Source: the human T2T-CHM13v2.0 reference genome, Homo sapiens. From it: a stretch of DNA of 64,000 nt. The stretch lies in the NCBI RefSeq assembly GCF_009914755.1, contig NC_060941.1; one strand, written 5' to 3'. Below are positions 30,240 through 43,844 of the stretch, piece by piece. Position numbers and translations under genes: made by a program. The notes beneath the pieces were generated by a model. That model saw only the letters and a program-made list of their open reading frames with translations. It searched no databases and was not told where the DNA came from. How positions within the stretch are numbered: position 1 is the stretch's first letter; each line of letters begins with the position of its first letter.

Positions 30240-30400
30240 GGCAATGTGATTTAGTAAAAGGAACACTGGACTAGGAGTCAGGCAATTTGGATATAAGATC
30301 TGGGTTCAAGGCCTAGTTCTATTAGCAATTTACTGTGTGCTCCTGGGAAAATCATTTTACCTCTCTGGGCCTCAATTTCATTAAATTTTTTAAAAATTGG
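30240..30400 (+). mobile_element. MIR
   Basis: acactggactaggagtcagg...ctgggttcaag...tgtgtgctcctgggaaaatcattttacctctctgggcctcaatttc. Confidence 0.75.
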
Positions 30401-31536
30401 GGAGGTGGGTGTACCTTAAAGACTGAAAGATTGGGAATAACTCAAACCCCAGTCTTACTCTAAACTCTCTCATGATTTCTTTAGACGAGAAATTTCTGTT
30501 TAAAAAGAAATGTAAATATCATTAAACTTGATGATCTTTAAGGTCTCCCCCAGAGCTTGAGATTCTGATTCCATGTTTGACTTGCAGAAAATAGTTGACC
30601 CTAATCAGTAGGAACAGTTTTAGCTCAAAAAATAAAACCACACCAAACTTAGCAATATCCATGAGAAGTGTGACTGCTACCCCTGGAATCAACATTTTCT
30701 TCTGTTAGTCCTTGAAACAGCTAAGCAATGCCTAGGAACGCCAAATCCAACCCAAGGTATAGATCAAGGAGAACCTTGCATTAAGTCAAAAGGTCTGTAG
30801 GGAGACTAAAGTTATGCATATTTTCACTTGCCTTCCCTAAGGCCACCAGGGGCAGGTTAGTTCTGAGTAGGAAAGCTATGTTTTACAACAGAAGCATAAG
30901 CCTCTGGTACACTGTAGTGATATCTGCCATGGGATATAAGTAATATTCAGTTCTTTAGAAAACAGCTTACCTCAGAATTAAATTTCCAAGTAAAGAGGAA
31001 TTAGTGTTTGAATATTCTCAAGGGTCAGAATTTTATGAAATCATGAAAACAGTAAAGGATTATCACCTCAGTTCAGATTCCACGTTAAGTTACAAACCAG
31101 AACAGTGACGTTCAAACTGCATTATCATGGTTTCCTAGAACACTGAGTACACTGGACCAGTGTAACCAGGCTTTTAATTATTCTAAATATTAGAGATTGA
31201 CATAAGCAATTTTTTTCCAAATAAAATTATATTTGAAAAACAATGGACTACAATATCGAGAGAGCTGCCAATTTCATAAAAGACACATTTAGACCAAAAG
31301 GGAAGCTGTTTAAAAATTAGCTGTTCTGCATTAATATTTTTCTCTACCAAGACTTAGCTTTGAAGTGACAACACAAATAAACTTTGGCAATAGGACCAGG
31401 GGAAATAAAAAGAACACATTTACCCGGGGTGAGGGGAGACATTAACAGAAAGAAAGCAATGATACTTTCTTGTTTTTTTTTTTTTTACTTTGAAGATCCT
31501 GCATACCAAGACACTCTTTTTTAAAAACACTTAATT

Positions 31537-31863
<327 letters not shown>

Positions 31864-32764
31864 TTAATTATGAAATATATATACAGAAGAATATATAGAA
31901 TATATGGTATCAGTTGAAATAAACACCCATGTGTTATTTTAAAGCCATTACATTTTAATAGAACATCTCTAGTATCTTTGAAGACCCCTGCGTACCCCTC
32001 CTCAGAAACAACTACTAAGCTGAATTTTATGTTAATTATTCTTTTGTTTTTCTTAACTTTTATCACCAATGTATGTATAGCTTAATTTTCCTGGTTTTTG
32101 AACCTGAAAAAAATGGAATCACTGTACCATTTCTTTTCCTTAACATTGTATTTTTGAGATTCATCCTTTTGTTCAGTGTATGCCTTGGTGCATCCATTTT
32201 CACTGCTGCATAGTAATCCATGGTAGGAATATACCAGACTTCAATGATCCACTCTACCTATGTATATTTAGATTGTTTCTTGTCTTTTTTAAGATTATGA
32301 ACAGTGCTGTCACAAATACTCCTGTATATGTATCCTAGTAAACATGTGTAATAGTTTCTCTAAAGTATATTTTCTAGGAGTAAAATTACTAGGTTAAAGA
32401 ATACAAATAAGTTCAACTTTATTAGGTACTGACCAACTGTTACCAAAGTGGTATATACCAATTTGTACTTCCATGTACAGAAGCAATGAAGATGATGATG
32501 TGACTTTTAAATTTTTGCCACTCTCATTGTGGTTTTGGTTTATATGCCTCTAATTACAAATGGGATTGAGCATCTTTGTGTAAGTTTATAAATTATTTGT
32601 ACTTCTTCTTCTGTAAAATATCTTTCTATATCTTTTGCCCATTTCTCTATTAGGATGTCTTTAACTTGATGATTCATACCAATTCTCTAGATACTTCTAA
32701 TTATTTTTTAGGTATATATTTTGTAAATATCTTCTCACACTTTGTAGCTTATATTTTCAGTCTC

Positions 32765-33034
32765 TTTTTTTGGAGACTGTGTCCTGCTCTGTCAACGGGG
32801 CTGGAGTGCAGTGATGCAATCACAGCTCACTACAGCCTCGACCTCCCCAGGCTCAGGCAATCCTCCAACCTGAGCCTCCCAAGAAGCTAGGACTACAGGC
32901 ACATAACACTACACCTGGCTAATTTTTGTATTTTTTTAGAGACGGGGTCTTGCTATGTTGCCCAGGCTGGTCTCGAACTCCTGGGCTCAAGCAATCTGCC
33001 GGCCTTGGCCTCCGAAAGTGCTAGGATTACAGGC
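32765..33034 (-). mobile_element. AluJ
   Basis: Antisense Alu, J-type diagnostics. Confidence 0.88.
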
Positions 33035-33824
33035 TTTTCAGACTCCTTATGACGTATTTTGATGAACAGAAGTTCTTGAGTGGAGTTTAAGTAATCAATC
33101 TTTTCTTTTGTAGTTTGTACTTGCTGTGTCTTATACAACAAAATCTTCCTATCCTGAGGTTATAACGATATTCTCCTAACCATTTAACAGCTTCACCTCT
33201 TTAGTACATATTTAAGTCTTTATCGGGAATTGATTTTTGTGTATAGGCATAAGATAGGGATTCCATTTCTTTCTTTCCTCTTTTTTTTTTTTTAAATGAA
33301 TAACCCATTGTGCTGGTATCATTTATTGAAAAAAAAAAAAATCTATCCTTTCCCCATGATCTACAATGCCTCCTCTATCATAAAATAAGTTTTCATATAT
33401 GGCTGGATCTGTTTCTGGGTCATTAAGTTCCACTGATCTATAAATCTATCTCTACACCTATCTCACAATTTCTTAATTAATATGGCTTTATATTAAATCT
33501 TGATATCTGATTAGGCAAATCTTTTCACCTTGTATTTCTTTGGAAGTATCTTGGTTATTGTGAGACTTGTCTTTTATGGAAATTTTATAATTAGCATTAC
33601 AAATACACTAACAGAATTTTTATTGAAATGTCAATCTACAGATGAATTTAGGAAGAATCGGCACCTAATAGTGTACATTCCAATTTAAGACCTTGATAAT
33701 TTATTTAAATCTTCTTTACTATTATAATATTCTTGATTATAATTTTCCTCAAAAGAGGCTTGCACATTTTTTGTTAGATTTACTCCTTAGTATTTCATGT
33801 TTTGGGTTGCTATTTTATCAACTA

Positions 33825-34123
33825 ATTAATTAATTATTTAGAGACAGGGTCTTGCTCTGTTGCCTGGGCTGAGTGCAGTGGTACAATCATAGCTCACTGC
33901 ACCCTTGAATCCCTGGGCTCAGGCAATCCTCTTGTTTCAGCCTCTTGAGTAGGTAGGACTATAGGCATGTGCCATCATGCCTGGCTAATTGTTTTTAATT
34001 TTTTGTAGAGATGGGGTCTCACTATATTGCCAAGGCTGGTCTCAAACTCCTGGCCTCAAGCAATCCTCCTGTCCTGGCCTCCCAAAGTGCTAAGATGACA
34101 AGCATGAGCCACTACATCTAGCC
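33825..34123 (-). mobile_element. AluJ
   Basis: Antisense Alu. Confidence 0.88.
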
Positions 34124-34890
34124 TGCTATTTTAATTTTTTTTTTCCTGAACTGCTTTTCTAAACAATTGCTCTACTGTAAACAAATACTGTTGAATTTTG
34201 TATGTTGACTTTTGTATTTAGCAATCATGTTAGATTTTAAATAATTTAATAATCAATCTGTGAATCCTTTGAGGCTTTCTAAAGAGACACCCTATCATAT
34301 TTAATAATGGCAGATATATTGCTTTATTACTTTCTAGCTCTTATACCCTTTAATTCTTTTCCTTGTCTTACTGCACTGGCTAGGACATCCACTATAAAGC
34401 TGAATAGAAGTAGTGACAGCAGGCATCCTTGTCTTATTCCTAATCTTAAAGATAATGTTTTCAACGTTTTACCATAATGCATGATGTATCCTGCAGATTT
34501 TTTTGTGGGTCCCTTTTACAAGATTTTAAAAGTTCCATTTCACTCCTAGTTTCCAAGAGTTTGTCATGAATGGATGTTAAATTCTGTCAAATGCTCCCTC
34601 TCCACACCCTGTTATCTTGAGATAATGAGCATGTTTTTCCTCCTTTCATCTATTTCATGATAAATTATATTAATTGACTTTCTCCAAACTGATCAACCTT
34701 GAATGCGTGGGATAAAGCCAACTTGGTTGTTATGTATTATTTTGTATGTTATTGGATGCGGTTTGCTGATATCTACATGAGGATTTTTGCTGGTCATGAG
34801 TGGCATAGGCTGCTTTTAAAGGAAGTGAAAAGGAGCAGATAAAGGAAAATGTTTCAAATTTCAGATAATGTTTCAAATTCTGTGATGTTT

Positions 34891-34909
34891 CACTGCCATC
34901 TTGTGGCAG
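34891..34909 (-). promoter_or_regulatory. Candidate CTCF binding motif
   Basis: Minus strand CTGCCACAAGATGGCAGTG closely follows the CTCF core CCA(C/G)NAG(A/G)(G/T)GGC(A/G)(C/G); occupancy is not shown by sequence. Confidence 0.55.
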
Positions 34910-35470
34910 GAAGCAATGTCAGCAGTAAACAGCTTTAAAATTTTAGCCAAGGTTATTTCACACTTAAGAGACAATTTATCATTTAGTGAAGCTCTTCAGA
35001 GAAAGCCAGGGATAAAGTCTACCTAAATGATATACTAAAAAGTATTGGAAAACCTGAACTTGCTCTTCCTAGATGCCTCTGGTTCAATTCATGGATTAGC
35101 TGCCAAGAATCAAGCTCTTCAGATATGGGTTTCTCAATTTCAGCCTGTGATGACTCAACCAACTTACACTACACAAGGTCAAAAAGATATCAACAGGAAT
35201 GGTAATCTCTATTAGAAAAATTACTTCAGCCCTTTCTCAGAAGCACACTGGATTCCTAATTTCATCAAGCTGTGTTTCGTTGTTCTTTCTTTAGAGCTAG
35301 TGGATATAGAGGTTTAGTTTTTAAGGGAGTAGTGATAGGAGACTGTTTATTAATGGGAAGTGTTGTTGACAGGAGGGGGCTTAGCTCTTACACAGTCCTA
35401 TAGGGATAGTTTGGGTTGGTTATCAGAATCAAGGCTTTCTTAGCTAGAGAGTCCTCAGGAAGAGGCTTAC

Positions 35471-35559
35471 CATTCTGGAATTGTGTCTCTACTCGCAGGT
35501 ACTGCCGGAGCAGATCCATCACCACAGCCTTCATGTGGCCTCGGATGCCACTTCGGTAC
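35471..35559 (-). CDS. ACACA: ACACA exon, 89 nt, (R)[10 protein letters not shown]...QFQN(G)
   Basis: Acceptor GCCTAG, donor GTAAGC; phase 2-1. Confidence 0.97.
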
Positions 35560-35905
35560 CTAGGCAAATAGAAAGTCTCCACTGAAAAACCTGACAATCC
35601 AACACTATTAAGCAATAAACCCAAAGGCCAAATTTACCTCCACGACATTCCACTGAACTGCTTTCCCTCTGAATAAAGAACAGCCTAAAATGAACTACAA
35701 AATTAACTTAAATTCTAAGCCTAAAAGAAATCTCACTATAGACAAGACCTTTTTTAATAAAGAAGACAACAAAATCCTGCATAGCCCCACCTACCAACAC
35801 CTTGATTCAGTTCCTACTGCTAAGTAGAAATTATTACCATACTCTTGAAATGGCTGAGATATCTGAAAAATTTATAAGTATCTTAAAGTTAAAAGTGTTC
35901 TGTGA

Positions 35906-36223
35906 GGCCGGTTGCCTTAGCTCACATCTGCAATCCCAGAACTTTGGGAGGCCAAGGCAGGAGGATCACTTGAGTCTAGGAGCTCCAGACCAGCCTAGGC
36001 AATATGGCAAAACCTCTTATCTACAAAAAATACAAAAAAATTAGCCAAGCATGGTAGCATGTGACTGTAGTCCCAGCTACTCAAGAGGCTGAGGTGGGAG
36101 GATTGCTTGAGCCTGGGAGGCAGAGGTTGCAGTGAGCTGAGATTGTGCTACTGTACTACAACCTGGATGACAGTGTGAGACCCTGTCTCCAAAAAAAATA
36201 AATAAATAAATAAATAAATAAAT
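35906..36223 (+). mobile_element. AluJ
   Basis: Full Alu, (AAAT)n tail, TSD tg(t/c)tctgtga. Confidence 0.88.
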
Positions 36224-36248
36224 ATGCTCTGTGAATATCCCTTTAGTA

Positions 36249-36287
36249 TTAATAGCAACAACCACAATTACTTTTGCACCAACCTAA
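36249..36287 (+). mobile_element. Half MADE1 (Hsmar1 mariner MITE) / solo TIR
   Basis: aaccacaattacttttgcaccaacctaa matches the MADE1 right arm, followed by TA. Confidence 0.85.
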
Positions 36288-36410
36288 TATAATAGGCTCC
36301 ATAAGCTAAGAAGAAAAAATGTCATACTGGGCCCTGTGACAGAAGAAAAATTAGGAGCTTCATCAAAATGGCAAGGAAAAAGAAAACAACAAAATTTCTG
36401 TGCCTTATTA

Positions 36411-36723
<313 letters not shown>

Positions 36724-36947
36724 TAATTGACAGAAAAAAATGTAGAATATTAAGAAGTCAGAAATATTGAGCATGAGAGTTAGCTCACAATTCTAAGATA
36801 TTTAGAAAAGACAAGGTACTTTCTAAGATATAAGATGCTTTCCAATTTCTTGAAGTCAAATCTGAGGTAAATTTTTTTGTGACCACTTGAAAGAAAGGAA
36901 GACATGAGTATGGACAGGTCTGGGAATCTGGAGTTACAAGTTACTAC

Positions 36948-37048
36948 CTCTGTACCAGCTGAACAATGCTCTGAGTATTCATAAAGAAGACTTCCCGTTC
37001 AGATTTCCGGTTCAATGTAGCTGCATGGCTATCTAGGATGTTTGCAAT
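36948..37048 (-). CDS. ACACA: ACACA exon, 101 nt, [10 protein letters not shown]...QLVQ(R)
   Basis: Acceptor CCTTAG, donor GTAGTA; phase 0-2. Confidence 0.96.
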
Positions 37049-37440
37049 CTAAGGTATAAAAAAGGGAAAAAAATGAGGCCCAACCCAACAAAATGCCCCA
37101 AAGCATCAGCCTCTATAGCACGACCAGTAGGAATCTTCTTCTTATAACATGGCAGTTCCTATCTCACATGTTGGCAGCAGCTGGAAGTTACCAGGCGTAG
37201 TCTATATAGAGAATCACGCTACATAAGCAAGCAGATTTCATCCCTTGTCACCCTTTCCCAGATGAATTAATGACTACATTACAAAAACTATCATCTTACC
37301 AATATCTGTTCAAGGTCAAGATCCAAACATCACTCCCCACTTATCTACCTATATTCCCTACACATACATCTGCTTTATGGGTAAAGAGTAAAGATGCTGC
37401 CAAGGTAGTAAGAATGTCTCTGAAAATAAAACTACCAATA

Positions 37441-38062
37441 GGCCATGTGTGGTGGCTCACACCTGTAACCTCAGCACTTTGGGAGGCCAAGGAGGGAGGA
37501 TAGCTTGAGCCCATGAGTTCAATACCAACCTGGGCAACATAACGAGACCCCCATCTCTATAAAAATTTTTTAAAAATTAGCTGGGCATAGTGGTGCACAT
37601 CTGTAGTCCCAGCTACCTGGGAGACTGAGGTGGGATGAGCCATTGGGCCTATGGGGTCAAGGCTACAGCGAGCCATGACCGCACCACTGCACTCCAGCCT
37701 TGGCGACAGAGCAAGACCCTGTCTCAAAAATAAATAAATAAATAAATAAACAGCTGGGCACGGTGGCTCACGCCTGTAATCCCAGCACTTTGGGAGGCCG
37801 AGGTGGGCGGATCACGAGGTCAGGAGATCGAGACCATCCTGGCCAACATGGTGAAACCCGTGACTACTAAAAATGCAAAAATTAGCTGGCATGGCAGCGT
37901 GTGAATGTAATCCCAGCTACTCAGGAGGCTGAGGCAGGAGAATTGCTTGAACTCGGGAGGCAGGGGTTGCAGTGAGCCGAGATCAGCCACTGCACTCCAG
38001 CCTGGTGACAGAGCTAGACTCCATCTCTAAATCAATGAGTGAATGAATGAATCAATCAATCA
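37441..38062 (+). mobile_element. AluJ (37441-37750) followed by AluSc-like (37752-38062)
   Basis: Two tandem Alus. Confidence 0.9.
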
Positions 38063-38365
38063 ACTAATATCACTCTATTTTCAATTCATGAAAATACCTC
38101 TAATTAGGGAATAGCCCCAGGAACAAAGCTATAAGGTATACATGATCCAAGTGTGCTTTTCTCATAACTACAGATACTTATCCTTCACATACAGTACTTT
38201 CACTGTTGGGTTTGTACCCTGAGGCAGTTTTGTGAGGAATACAATGCTTAAAAGTATACAAGCACAACATCCAAAAAGTAAGGAGGATCCAAATAGGAAG
38301 GAATCCTACAACATAAACTCTGGCATTGGTAGCCAGAAAAAAATATAGTGTTATCCTATAAATAC

Positions 38366-38554
38366 CTGCTGGCTGGGAAACTGACAGAGGACTGATGTGA
38401 TGTTGCTAGCATACTGAGCCATTTCCTTCTTGATAGACTTCTCCACATTGGGGGGAATGCGGCCAGACACACTGGTCATAATATCTTGCAATTCTAGGAG
38501 AGGCAGGGAGGGATCTCTGAGGGTTTTCATCAATCGCTCTACCCAGTCTTTTAC
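38366..38554 (-). CDS. ACACA: ACACA exon, 189 nt, [10 protein letters not shown]...QFPSQQ
   Basis: Acceptor TTCTAG, donor GTATTT; phase 0-0. Confidence 0.97.
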
Positions 38555-38618
38555 CTAGAAAGAAAGCATTGGTAAAATAGGACCCAAGTTAACACAATCC
38601 CCCAAATAAAAAGATATA

Positions 38619-38832
38619 TAGTTGTCATTCTGTATACGTGGGAAATTGGTTCCAGAACCACCACTCATATATGAAAATCTGCACATACTTGAGCCCTACG
38701 GAACCCATGTATAGAAATAGTTGTGGGTTCCATATCTCATCAATACTGTAATTTTGATCCATGTTTGGCTGAAAAAATCCACATATAAGTGGACCCACAC
38801 AGTTCAAACCTGTATTGTTCAAGAGTCAACTA
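38619..38832. mobile_element. MER8-like Tigger MITE
   Basis: tagttg...caacta termini; ataagtggaccc...cagttcaaacct...ttgttcaagagtcaact end. Confidence 0.75.
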
Positions 38833-38884
38833 TATCTGAATTCACTATCATATACTACTTCTTTTCAATAAAAATTTATATAAT

Positions 38885-38997
38885 TTTCAATAGATATGGG
38901 GTCTTGCTATGTTGATCAGGCTGGTCTCAAACTCCTGGCCTCAAGCGATCTTTCCATCTCAGCTTCCCAAAGTGGTGAGATTACAGGCGTGAGCCAA
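38885..38997 (-). mobile_element. FLAM / Alu monomer
   Basis: Antisense left arm. Confidence 0.85.
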
Positions 38998-39075
38998 CTA
39001 TCATAGAGTACTTTGAAATTGCAACGTAAGCATCTAACATTGCCCCTATTCTCCAGTTTAAAAAGGACTAATCAC

Positions 39076-39382
<307 letters not shown>

Positions 39383-39582
39383 TCACAATTAAATGTGAAG
39401 TCCATGACAAGGATAAGAAACATGGATTTAAAGACCTCAAGTCCCACAACTGAAGGTGAAAGAGTTCTAGGCCAAACAGCTTTCTTTTCCTCCCTCTTAA
39501 ACAATCATTATGAGACTTGGAACTATTTTGGAGAATAGGTATCCCATTTGTACATCCCTTCCCCAGGAGACGTGATACATAC

Positions 39583-39729
39583 CTTGCTGCTAAAGAAAGG
39601 ATCTGGAAGGCAGTATCCATTCATTACATTGACCAGATTATCCAGGACATAATGGAACACTCGATGGAGTTTCTCGCCTCTGAGTGCCGTGCTCTGGATC
39701 CGTGGCAGACTACCTGTGTGAAGTTCAGC
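39583..39729 (-). CDS. ACACA: ACACA exon, 147 nt, [10 protein letters not shown]...PFFSSK (central domain)
   Basis: Acceptor TGACAG, donor GTATGT; phase 0-0. Confidence 0.96.
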
Positions 39730-40074
39730 CTGTCAACCCCAACAAGAGATCAAGTCATCTACTACTTTTGATCTAAGGTACAAACACACCACTGCACTTA
39801 AGAGTTATCATTCAAAATCGAGACATCATACCCAGCTACCAGGAGGGAAGTCAATAGAGGAAACATCATAAGGAAATTACAGAATCTTAGTACTACAGTA
39901 ACTCTTGCAAACTCTAGTTCCATAATACTACAGGCACAAATACAAGGCATAAGATTAATAGGGGACAAAGCTAAAGAAAACACTGGCAAACCAAGCATTG
40001 AAATCACTTGCCTCTCCAAACCACCAAGTTCTTTAGCTCTTAGAGAGCAATATTCGGAGCACCTTCCTACTCAC

Positions 40075-40209
40075 CTGCTGAACCTTGCTGGGGTTGTCCA
40101 GTTGCATTTTGGCTAGTACACAGCCAGGGTCAAGAGCTGCTCCAGGTCGCTTGACGTAATGGATACAGCCAGACTCCACAGCTGTTAAGGTCATTACCAT
40201 CTTCATTAC
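40075..40209 (-). CDS. ACACA: ACACA exon, 135 nt, VMKMVMTL...SKVQQ; biotinylated Lys786 codon at 40201-40203
   Basis: Acceptor CTATAG, donor GTGAGT; the E|VMKM biotin-attachment motif is split by the intron. Confidence 0.97.
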
Positions 40210-40539
40210 CTATAGTGAAAAATAAACTAGACTCAGATTTATCTCTCTTTACACAGATGAGTGCTTAAAAGAACTAAAATTTTTCCCTTAGCATCTAAGT
40301 TGGACCACACCTAATTTGACCAAGAAAAAATGGGAATTTACCATCATCTCCTAGGGACTATCAAGGCAAGCAATTAGAAAATCTCTCAGTACCTCACTTT
40401 AGGAATTAATAACAGTTATTGACATTTCTCCTTTCTAACTTTTACAACCATTTTGGCATAATTTGTGATTATATTTGTTTTGTACTTAGAAAGTAAGGAA
40501 CAATTTAATATCCTCATACCAGTGAATCCAATCTAAGAC

Positions 40540-41230
40540 AACCAGGCCAAAACCTAAGGATCATTCTTCACTCCTCTTTCTCCCTTACCTACCAATTACC
40601 AACCCAGCCAGACATATCTTCTAAACCTTTCTCAAAAATCTTCCTCTCTTGCCAACTCTTCGGTTTACGCCTTCTTCATTTCTGGCCCAAAGTACTTCAA
40701 AGACCCCCTAAGAGATCTCCCTACTTGCTACATACCTCCCTCAAGGTCACGAAAAGCAATCTTCCTAGACCCCAAATCTCATCATACTACTTTTCCACTT
40801 AAATCTTTCAGAGATTACCTGCTGCCTCCAGGATAGTGAAAACTTACTAGTATGGTTTATAAGATCCTTCATAACCTCACATTCAAGATCTCACATTACT
40901 TCTTTAGCACCTTTGCTTGTCCCTCCCCATTAAACCTTAGTCTATTCTCAAGCCACACCAACACATACTTGCAGTTCCCTAAATACACTGTGCTGTCTTG
41001 CTTCTGTCTTTGTACATGCTATTCCTTCAACTTTAAGCACTCTTCCCTGCCCTTCTTCACCTGCTCTATCACTATCTGTCTTTCAAAACTAAGATCAAAT
41101 GTCTCTTCTTTCAGAATATCTTCCCATACAAGCTTAGCTTGATTTGGGTTAGGTGACCCTCTGCACTCTATGCTTAGCTCTCTTAAAATTAATCACATGA
41201 CATTTCTTGTCTGTTTTGTGCCCCACCTCC
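40540..41230 (+). mobile_element. L2 fragment
   Basis: Pyrimidine-rich L2 3' phrases (tttgtacatgctattcctt, tcaaatgtctcttctt). Confidence 0.65.
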
Positions 41231-41411
41231 ATGTATTTTCTCTGGATAGCCAGCAGTTAGGACACCTAACATTCAACAAGTGCTATTGCCTAGTATCTAT
41301 TTTTAGAACTAGAGATTCCTCATTTGCCTATGTGTTTTAAAAATCTTAAGGTTCGCACTTCTAATTAAGCCAACTGATGTTTCTTTTTCATTCTTATTTC
41401 CAATCTGTTAC

Positions 41412-41727
41412 CTTTTTTTTTAATTTTTTAGAAATAGGGTCTTGATTTGTGACGCAGGCCACAAATTGTACCACTCCAGTACAGTGGTACAATCTCCATT
41501 CACTGCTGCCTTGAATTCCTGGGCTCAAGGGATCCTCCCGCCTTAGACACCAGAGTGGCTGGGTCTACAGGCATGTGCCACTGTACGCCGCTAATTTTTT
41601 AATTTTTCATAGAGATGGGGTCTCACCATCTTGCCCAGGCTAGTCTCGAACTCCTGGGCTCAAGCGATCTTCCTGCCTCAGCCTCCCAAAGTGGTAGGAT
41701 TACAGGCACAAGCCACTGTGCCCAGCC
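41412..41727 (-). mobile_element. AluJ
   Basis: Antisense Alu. Confidence 0.88.
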
Positions 41728-41820
41728 TCCTTTCTGTAACTTTTCAGTCCTAGTCCATCCCAGCCGACCCTTTTCCTACCTTCCCCTCCCATGATCCCAC
41801 AGTCCTTTCACCACCCTGAC

Positions 41821-41971
41821 CTCAATCTCAGCATAGCACTGGCCGGCAAACACATGACCTCCATCTTCTACAATGTACTGGATTAACTTCCCAGCAGAAG
41901 GTGAGCGCATCACCGATGGGTCATTTTCCTTCTCAAACACACAGGTTTTATTGCCAATTGTGATGCGATAT
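41821..41971 (-). CDS. ACACA: ACACA exon, 151 nt, (R)[10 protein letters not shown]...YAEIE (BT/BCCP)
   Basis: Acceptor TCCTAG, donor GTCAGG; phase 2-0. Confidence 0.97.
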
Positions 41972-42366
41972 CTAGGAGACAAGTGGAAGTATGTAAGCTA
42001 AGAAAGCACCTCAGGATGTAAAGGAGAATGGTAGAGAATGTCAACCTTCAAAGAAAAAAAATCCTGAAAACTTTATTATACACACACACAGACATATTCA
42101 CTGCATATTTGTTTACAATGTCAATTAACATAAATTTCCTTCAATAAGGATCAGATTAAATATAGTATAATCATATAATGGAATACCACATGACTATTAA
42201 AAATAACAGGTACCACCATTTAAAAAAACACACACAAAGATATTGATGACGTAATAGCTAACATTTCTTGAAGCCTAGCTATGTTGTGGCAATGTTCTAC
42301 ACATTTTCAACATGTTAATTTATTTCATTCTCATAACACCATAACTGGTGTTGAACATTTGTGAAT

Positions 42367-42661
<295 letters not shown>

Positions 42662-43005
42662 ACATTTGTGAATGTATTTAAAGAAAAACAGTATGTACAT
42701 GAGTGTAACTTGTATATGCATATAAAATTTCTACTCAAATATGTAAGAAACTTTTAACAATGGTTACTTATAAAAAGGGGAACTTATTTTTCATTGTCCA
42801 CATACACTGGAGTGGTAGGGAGACATGTTTTTAATTATAAACACTTTAATACTCTTGATATTTTTGTTAAGTGCATGTACTATTTTTTTTTTTTTTAACT
42901 ACAAATGAGTACCAAGAAAAGCCTGGGAAAATCCCAAGAGCTAGTAGCTAATAAGAGAAAAGGCTAACAGGATGACCAGCAAATGGACCTCAAACAGCCA
43001 CTTAC

Positions 43006-43151
43006 CTATCCACTTCCTCTTTCATATACGTAGTATAACTGCTGCCATCATAGGACAAGAGCAGTCCACCGTCACTCAGCCGATGTACATCTACTTCTAC
43101 ACATGAGCCATTCATGATCACCACATAGGAGTTGGGGGACTGTCGAGTCAC
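43006..43151 (-). CDS. ACACA: ACACA exon, 146 nt, VTRQSPNSY...KEEVD(R) (BT)
   Basis: Acceptor CTACAG, donor GTAAGT; phase 0-2. Confidence 0.97.
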
Positions 43152-43587
43152 CTGTAGGGAATGAGAATGAGGATCAGTGTGTCCCTTCCAGGTACAGCTC
43201 CAAATGAAATTTGAATGCTTCAAAAATACAGATAAGAAAGATCTGTCAGGAGGAAGAAAATTCATGGCACTGATGCTATTTGCATCAGTGTCTGTGGACA
43301 TGGCTCAGTCCTGCTGTAAGCAAAGAGGGCAACCTTAGTTGATTTTCCCCAACTGTGGTTGTTCTCTGTCTCTCCTTTATCTCTTGGCAGTGTATGTGAA
43401 GTTGAAGAACAACAAAAAAGATTTTCATAGAACAACAAACGCTGCTTCAGGACACTGACAAAAATAATGACGGTAATTTCACTAATACCCCCATCCCTGC
43501 ATTAAATCAAACTTTTTCTCCTGCCTCTCAACCTAAAGAAAGATAGCTAAAAAAGTAAGGTGCAAGCTCCAATGGGGTTCTGCATAC

Positions 43588-43669
43588 CTTAAGTACATAC
43601 TTGACTCCCTCATAGATAAGTTCAACATCTACTGTATTCAGAAGTGTATGAGCAGGAAGGACTTGACCC
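43588..43669 (-). CDS. ACACA: ACACA exon, 82 nt, (R)[10 protein letters not shown]...KYVLK (BT)
   Basis: Acceptor TTTCAG, donor GTATGC; phase 2-0. Confidence 0.96.
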
Positions 43670-43844
43670 CTGAAAGAACGATGAGAGAGGAACTTACTAC
43701 AAAGTTCTAACAGTTATAAGAGAATCTAAAACATTATTGATTGTAGCATTTCCTAGAATAACAAAAGACTAGAAACAACCTAAATACCTAAATGATCGTT
43801 TGTAAGGAATTGATCACATCAATTATGAATCTTACAATGGATTT

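Larger units (their letters stand above)
31900..34800 (-). mobile_element. Old L1 (L1M-type) 3' fragment, interrupted by two Alus
   Basis: T-rich antisense L1 phrases (ttttgagattcatcc, gcatccttgtcttattcctaatctt, tgaatggatgttaaattctgtcaaatgct). Confidence 0.75.
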
